Assembly (NCBI GenBank): GCA_963741945.1
Contig: CAVUKA010000001.1
Span: 1,056,001 to 1,120,000, forward strand
Direction of reading: 5' to 3'
DNA length: 64,000 nucleotides
From: an uncultured Gemmatimonadales bacterium
GTDB lineage: Bacteria; Gemmatimonadota; Gemmatimonadetes; Longimicrobiales; RSA9
Part shown: one piece after another, positions 58,923-64,000 of the stretch
Layout: each line of letters opens with the position of its first letter
Position numbering within the stretch: position 1 is the first letter of the stretch
The notes under the pieces: generated by a model
Database searches by the model: none
What the model was told of the DNA's origin: nothing
What the model saw: the letters and a program-made list of their open reading frames with translations, nothing else
Program-made: the position numbers and the translations under genes

Positions 58923-60155
58923 ATGCCGCACTCCGCGACGCCGACTGCCGCGGCGTTCGCCGCCACGCTGGCCGCCGTGCTCGCGTTCGGCGCGGCCGGG
59001 CCGGCCGCCGCCGCCGGGCAGACCGTCTCGCCGACGGAGCTTGCGACGCTCGCCGTCGCCGAGCCGTTCCCTGCGGCGGTGGTGGTGCAGCCGGCCGGTG
59101 GCGTGGATCTGCGGATCCAGACGGACGAGGTGGAGGCCGTACTGGCGATCCTGGACCTGCGGGCCCGGGGCGAAGCGGTCCCGGAGACGGCGTGGGAGCG
59201 GCTGTTCGCCAGCGAGGGGTACACGCGCATGATGGCGCGGGAGCGCTACATCGACGAACGGATGGGACTGCAGCGCGGCTACACCGACGAGGGGCACCGC
59301 CGCTTCTTCGCCACGGACAGCGCGCTGCTGGCGAACCGGACGGCGCTGCGGGGGGCGCTGGACGTGTGGAAGCGGGTGGACGTGGAGCGGGCGGGACGAC
59401 GGGCGCTGGCCTACCTGCCGGAAGGCACGCGGCTGCGCGGCACCGTCTACCCGCTGCTCCGGGCGGCGACGAACAGCTTCATCTTCGAGCTGGGGTCGGA
59501 GAACCCGGCCATCTTCATGTACGTGGATCCCGGTCAGACGCCGGAGTCGCTGGAGGACATCCTCGCCCACGAGCTGCACCACGTGGGCAGCGCCGCGGGC
59601 TGTCCCGCGCCGCCGGAGACCGACGACGAGCGGTTCATGGCGCTCTACAGCTGGACTGGCGGCTTCTCCGAAGGCGTGGCCGTGCTCGCCGCCGCCGGGT
59701 CTCCGGACGCCGACCCGCAGCGCGGCTCCGATCCGGAGCTGCGGCGGGCATGGGAGATCCGCCAGGACAGCGTGGCCACGGACATGGCCGCGCTGGGCGA
59801 TTTCTTCATGGCCATCCACAACGGCACCCTCCTGGGCGACGCCATGAACCGCGCCGGCTTCGGCTTCATCAACCGCGAGGGCTTCCCCCAGGGGGCGTTC
59901 TACACGCTGGGCTGGTTCATGGCTTCCACTGTGGAGCGGGAGCTGGGCCGCGCCGCGGTGGTGGCCACCGTCTGCCACCCCGCCACCCTCATGGGGCAGT
60001 ACAACCGCGCCGCCGCCACCATCAACGCCCGACGGGGCGAGACGGATCGCTACGAGGCGGATCGGACGGCGGCGGGCGGCGGGCAGACGCGTGCCGCGTG
60101 GGCGCCGCTACCCGTCTGGCCGGGCTATGTCCTGGACGCCGTGGGCGGAGGCTGA
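58923..60155 (+). CDS. Secreted putative Zn-metalloprotease (DUF5700/DUF2268-like)
   Basis: signal-like N-terminus, AHELHH, SEGVA, FYTLG..MA; start uncertain. Confidence 0.72.
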   Translation: MPHSATPTAAAFAATLAAVLAFGAAGPAAAAGQTVSPTELATLAVAEPFPAAVVVQPAGGVDLRIQTDEVEAVLAILDLRARGEAVPETAWERLFASEGYTRMMARERYIDERMGLQRGYTDEGHRRFFATDSALLANRTALRGALDVWKRVDVERAGRRALAYLPEGTRLRGTVYPLLRAATNSFIFELGSENPAIFMYVDPGQTPESLEDILAHELHHVGSAAGCPAPPETDDERFMALYSWTGGFSEGVAVLAAAGSPDADPQRGSDPELRRAWEIRQDSVATDMAALGDFFMAIHNGTLLGDAMNRAGFGFINREGFPQGAFYTLGWFMASTVERELGRAAVVATVCHPATLMGQYNRAAATINARRGETDRYEADRTAAGGGQTRAAWAPLPVWPGYVLDAVGGG

Positions 60156-60313
60156 ACCGGCGGCCGCCCCGGGGGGGTGGAGCGAAAGAGGATGGGCGGG
60201 GCGCGCCGCGCCGGTTGTGGGCATGCCACCGGCCGCCCATCTTCTGCTGACGACGACGCCCGGGAGCACGACCTCGCTCGCCCCGGACCAGACGCCCTCC
60301 AGCCCTGTCCGAC

Positions 60314-61003
60314 ATGCCCGGTGGCCACGATCTGCGCCTCCACGAAGAGGTCCTGCTCCTCGCCCTCAAGGACGAGACCGGGACACCAGCGGCCAGCATG
60401 TACGCCTACGGCGTGGGCGGGGCGATCCTGGCCGAGCTGATCCTGGAGGAGCGGGTGCGTCTCGTGGAGCGCCGCAGGGGCGCGCCCCTGCTGGAAGCGG
60501 CCTCGGGCGCATCGCCGGTGGGCGACCCGGTGCTGGATCCGGCGCTCCGGCAGGTGCGGGACGCGAAGCGGCGGGGCAGCACTACTACGTGGGTCAGCCG
60601 CTTCTCCCGGCGGGACCGGCTGCGGGAGACCGCTCGCAGCCTGGTCCACAAGGGAATCCTCCGCATGGAGGAGAAGCGCCTGCTCCTGCTCTTCCGTCGC
60701 ACCGTCTACCCCGAGCTGGATCCCGCACCGGAGCGCCGCCTGGTCGAGCGGGTCCGGCGGGCGGTATTCAGCGACGACCCGGTGGACGCCCGCACGGCCG
60801 TGCTGGTGGGCATCGCGTACCCGTCCGGGCTCCTCGCCCCGCTGTTCGGCCGCAAGGCGGTCCGGGATCGGAAAGTGAGATTGCGGGCGCTGGTGGAGGA
60901 CAACGTCGCTGCGGACGCCACCCGTGCCACCATCCAGGCGGTGCAGGTGGCCGTGATCGCCGCCACCACCGCCGCGACGTCCGCAGCCGCATCGGGCGGC
61001 TGA
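60314..61003 (+). CDS. GPP34/GOLPH3-family protein
   Basis: L.EEVLLLAL.D, GA.LAEL, GDPVLD.AL, LV.KGIL. Confidence 0.82.
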   Translation: MPGGHDLRLHEEVLLLALKDETGTPAASMYAYGVGGAILAELILEERVRLVERRRGAPLLEAASGASPVGDPVLDPALRQVRDAKRRGSTTTWVSRFSRRDRLRETARSLVHKGILRMEEKRLLLLFRRTVYPELDPAPERRLVERVRRAVFSDDPVDARTAVLVGIAYPSGLLAPLFGRKAVRDRKVRLRALVEDNVAADATRATIQAVQVAVIAATTAATSAAASGG

Positions 61004-61047
61004 CCGCCCCGGCGGATCCCGCCGCCTACACGAGGAAGTGAGGAGCC

Positions 61048-63150
61048 ATGCACGCACTGAAGCGATTCGCCCCCACACTGACACGAGCGCTGACGACGCG
61101 CGTGGCGCTGACGACGCTGGCGCTGGCCGCGCTGGCCGCGCCGGCCACCCGGGCTGCGGCGCAGCGTCCGATCACCCCCGAGGACCTCTGGCACATGCAG
61201 CGCGTCGGCGCCCCCATGGTCGGCCCGGACGGCCGGAACGTGCTGTACACGGTGACCGCCTACGACCTGGAGGCGAACCGGGGCCACACCGACATCTGGA
61301 TGGTGCCCGTGGCCGGCGGCGCGCCGCGGCAGCTGACGAACGCGACGGCGTCCAGCTCGTCCCCCGCCTGGTCACCGGACGGCCGCACCATCGCGTTCGT
61401 GTCCGCTCGCAACGACGAGGGCGCGCAGGTCTGGCTCATGCCCGCGAGCGGCGGCGAGGCCCGGCAGCTGACCCACGTGGATGGCGGCGTCTCGGGCGGC
61501 CCGGTGTGGTCGGCGGACGGGTCGCGCATGGCGTTCCCCGTGGACGTCTGGCCGGCCAGCGACTCCGCGGCGGCGAGGGCGCAGCGGCTGAAGGCCGCGG
61601 GCTCCACCGCCCAGATCTACGACGAGCTCATGGTCCGGCACTGGGACACGTGGGAGGACCAGATGCGAAGCCACGTGTTCGTCGCCGATCCGGCCACGGG
61701 GGAGGCCCGCGACATCACGCCGGGGCCGTACGACACCCCGCCGCTCGGCCTGGGCGGGTTCCAGGACTACTCGCTCAGCCCGGATGGCAGCGAGCTGGCG
61801 TTCGTGCGCAACATCGACGTGCCCACGTCGGTGGGCACCGGCAACGACGTCTGGGTGGTGCCCACGGCGGGCGGCGAGCCGAAGCTGATCACGCAGAGCG
61901 ACGGCAACGACGCGGCGCCGGTCTACTCCCCTGACGGCCGCTGGATCGCCTACCTGGCCCAGGCCCGTCCCGGCTTCGAGGCGGACCGGGCGGTGCTCAC
62001 GCTCTACGACCGCCGCTCGGGCGAGATCCGCCCGCTCACGGGCGACTTCGACCACTCCGTCCTCGCCTTCGAATGGAGCCCCGACTCCCGCACCCTCTGG
62101 TTCAACGCCCAGGACGAGATGGATGTGCGCGTGTACCGGGTGCCGGTGAGCGGGCGGGACGCCGGGAATGTGCACGCGGTGACGGAGGGCGCCATGGATG
62201 GAAGCTTCGCCCTGGTGCGCGGCGGTGAGCGCATCGTCGTGGCTCGCCAGAAAGCGGAGCTCCCCACCGTGCTCGAGCTGGTCGACGGTCGCGGCAAGAC
62301 GGTGCGTCGCCTGGCGAACCCGAACGAAATGCTGCTGTCGCAGCTGTCGCTCCAGCCGGTGGAGCCGTTCTGGTTCCAGGGCGCCGACGGCGACTCCGTG
62401 CAGGGCTTCGTGCTGAAGCCGCCGTCGTTCGACCCGTCGAAGAAGTACCCCGTGGTCTTCCTGGTCCACGGCGGGCCGCAGGGGGCGTGGGAGGACAATT
62501 TCCACTATCGGTGGAACTACAACATGTTCGCGGCGCCCGGCTATGTCGTGGTGGGTGTGAATCCGCGCGGGAGCACCGGCTACGGTCAGGAGTTCACGGA
62601 CCAGATCAGCCGCGACTGGGGCGGCCGCGCGTTCGCGGACCTGATGGACGGGCTCGACGCCGCGCTCCAGAAGTACGCGTACCTGGACAGCACGCGCATG
62701 GCGGCCGCCGGCGCATCCTACGGCGGCTACATGATGAACTGGTTCGAGGGACACACGAACCGGTTCCGGGCCATCATCAACCACGACGGGCTGTTCGATG
62801 TCCGCAGCATGTACTTCTCCACCGAGGAGCTGTGGTTCCCGGAGTGGGAGTTCGGCGGGACGCCGTGGGAGAACCCGGAGCTGTACCGGCGCTGGAACCC
62901 GTCCCTGTTCGTGGATCGGTGGCAGACGCCCATGCTGGTGGTCCACGGCGGCCACGACTACCGCGTCCCGCTGGAGCAGGGGCTCAGCACTTTCACGGCC
63001 CTCCGCCGCCGCGGAATCCCCGCCCGGCTGCTCTATTTCCCCGACGAGAGCCACTTCGTGCTCAAGCCGGCCAACGCCATCGTGTGGTGGAACACGGTCT
63101 ACGGCTGGCTCGGCCAGTGGATCGGAGGGGAAGCCGCGGCAGGGCAGTAG
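61048..63150 (+). CDS. Secreted S9 family peptidase (DPP5/acylaminoacyl peptidase-like)
   Basis: SPDG propeller repeats, HGGPQ, NPRGSTGYG, GASYGG, DYRV, DESH. Confidence 0.93.
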   Translation: MHALKRFAPTLTRALTTRVALTTLALAALAAPATRAAAQRPITPEDLWHMQRVGAPMVGPDGRNVLYTVTAYDLEANRGHTDIWMVPVAGGAPRQLTNATASSSSPAWSPDGRTIAFVSARNDEGAQVWLMPASGGEARQLTHVDGGVSGGPVWSADGSRMAFPVDVWPASDSAAARAQRLKAAGSTAQIYDELMVRHWDTWEDQMRSHVFVADPATGEARDITPGPYDTPPLGLGGFQDYSLSPDGSELAFVRNIDVPTSVGTGNDVWVVPTAGGEPKLITQSDGNDAAPVYSPDGRWIAYLAQARPGFEADRAVLTLYDRRSGEIRPLTGDFDHSVLAFEWSPDSRTLWFNAQDEMDVRVYRVPVSGRDAGNVHAVTEGAMDGSFALVRGGERIVVARQKAELPTVLELVDGRGKTVRRLANPNEMLLSQLSLQPVEPFWFQGADGDSVQGFVLKPPSFDPSKKYPVVFLVHGGPQGAWEDNFHYRWNYNMFAAPGYVVVGVNPRGSTGYGQEFTDQISRDWGGRAFADLMDGLDAALQKYAYLDSTRMAAAGASYGGYMMNWFEGHTNRFRAIINHDGLFDVRSMYFSTEELWFPEWEFGGTPWENPELYRRWNPSLFVDRWQTPMLVVHGGHDYRVPLEQGLSTFTALRRRGIPARLLYFPDESHFVLKPANAIVWWNTVYGWLGQWIGGEAAAGQ

Positions 63151-63189
63151 CGGGGCGCCTCCCGCGGACGCACGCCCGCGGTGGCGGCC

Positions 63190-63855
63190 TCAGTGCTGCG
63201 GACGCGCGCCCACCAGGCGGTCCACCTCCCGGAGCACGCGGCTCGGGTCCACCGGCTTCGGGAGGAACACCGCCACGCCCGCGTCCCGGGCGGCCTTGCC
63301 GATGGCGCCATAGCTGTGGGCGCTGATCAGGATGATCGGTATGTCCGCCGTGAGCGGGTTCGCCCGAAGCAGACGCGTCACTTCGATGCCCGTTCGGCGC
63401 GGGAGCGAGTGATCGAGCACCACCACGGCGGGGTGGTGCTCGCGCACCATCTCCAGCGCCGTCTCACCATCCGCCGCGGTCAGCACTGCGTAGCCGTGCT
63501 TCTGCAGGTAGGCGCCGTGCACCGCCCTCAGCTCCAGCCTGTCGTCCACCACCAGGACCAGCGGCTTGCCGCTCCCCGCAGGCGAAAAGAGAGCGGGCTG
63601 AAGCCCCACCCAGCTCTCCACCGACTCACCCGCGCCCACGGGCCCGGCTGCGCGAGTCACACGATCGGGAAGCCGGGTGTCTGCCGCCATCACGCGCCTG
63701 AGTGGGTCCGGCCTCAGTGAGGGGGCCGGCGCTTCCGCGCGCAACGCCCTTCTTCGGTCCTGCAGCCAGCGCAGCGCGTAGCCGGTGATTCCGCCGGAAA
63801 GTGCGGCGACAAGGATCATCAAGGTGAGGTCGATCGGGCTCAATGGCATGCTCAT
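63190..63855 (-). CDS. Membrane-anchored single-receiver response regulator
   Basis: N-terminal TM; VVDD, VLDHSLP, ISA, KP receiver motifs; no output domain. Confidence 0.82.
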   Translation of the reverse strand: MSMPLSPIDLTLMILVAALSGGITGYALRWLQDRRRALRAEAPAPSLRPDPLRRVMAADTRLPDRVTRAAGPVGAGESVESWVGLQPALFSPAGSGKPLVLVVDDRLELRAVHGAYLQKHGYAVLTAADGETALEMVREHHPAVVVLDHSLPRRTGIEVTRLLRANPLTADIPIILISAHSYGAIGKAARDAGVAVFLPKPVDPSRVLREVDRLVGARPQH

Positions 63856-63880
63856 CCCGGCAACATAACCATACGCTCAA

Positions 63881-63909
63881 GGCCCCGCCCCCCGGGTGGG
63901 GACGGGGCC
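63881..63909. terminator. GC hairpin, possibly terminator of a gene outside the window
   Basis: GGCCCCG-CCCC…GGGG-A-CGGGGCC inverted repeat; TT follows on the minus strand. Confidence 0.35.
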
Positions 63910-64000
63910 CTGGTGAAAGCGGCCGTGGGCCGGCGCCGGGGCAGTCAGCCCCGGGTCACGTCACGTTCAGGCCGGGGTCACGCCGGTATGGCCTGTGTGG

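Noticed and set aside
5407-63054. Many long antisense or alternate-frame ORFs (e.g. 5407-7971, 19728-22307, 23600-26398, 38391-41231, 46227-48215, 51489-53750)
   Set aside because: Shadows of real genes caused by high GC3 and few stops. Arg/Pro/Gly-rich or periodic composition with no motifs.
1-64000. CRISPR arrays, tRNA/rRNA, transposases, integrases, prophage or defence genes
   Set aside because: No regularly spaced repeats, RNA-gene signatures or matching protein motifs seen by eye. A small ncRNA could have been missed.

Overview
High-GC (visually about 70%), gene-dense bacterial DNA. The tandem Ser/Thr kinase-TolB propeller genes and the carboxypeptidase-regulatory/plug protein suggest Gemmatimonadota (inference). 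I found no rRNA, tRNA, CRISPR array or mobile element. The centrepiece (14.1-30.5 kb) is an anaerobic aromatic/amino-acid energy island. It holds a PaaX-headed operon paaX-oah-dch-bcrC-bcrB-bcrA(short)-bcrD-small CxxC protein-had (class I benzoyl-CoA reductase plus ring-opening enzymes). Divergent from it lie maoC and an unusual IorA-ferredoxin-GltD/NADPH-flavoprotein fusion with iorB, then ptb-buk and an arginine synthetase (ArcE)-like gene. The window has no aryl-CoA ligase and no free ferredoxin. Other notable loci are a Na+/solute symporter-nucleotidyltransferase-GHMP kinase operon with an altered sugar-binding motif, gdhA followed by a receiver/ATP-grasp/His-domain protein, and a three-kinase plus PP2C signalling cluster. 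Two +1 frameshifts are visible (first kinase-propeller gene, recQ before HRDC). The rest encodes peptidases, FabH, GlpD, a Tat-exported molybdoenzyme, a PLP decarboxylase and membrane proteins. All calls come from motif recognition by eye. No database search was run, and start codons were chosen from overlaps, RBS and homology.
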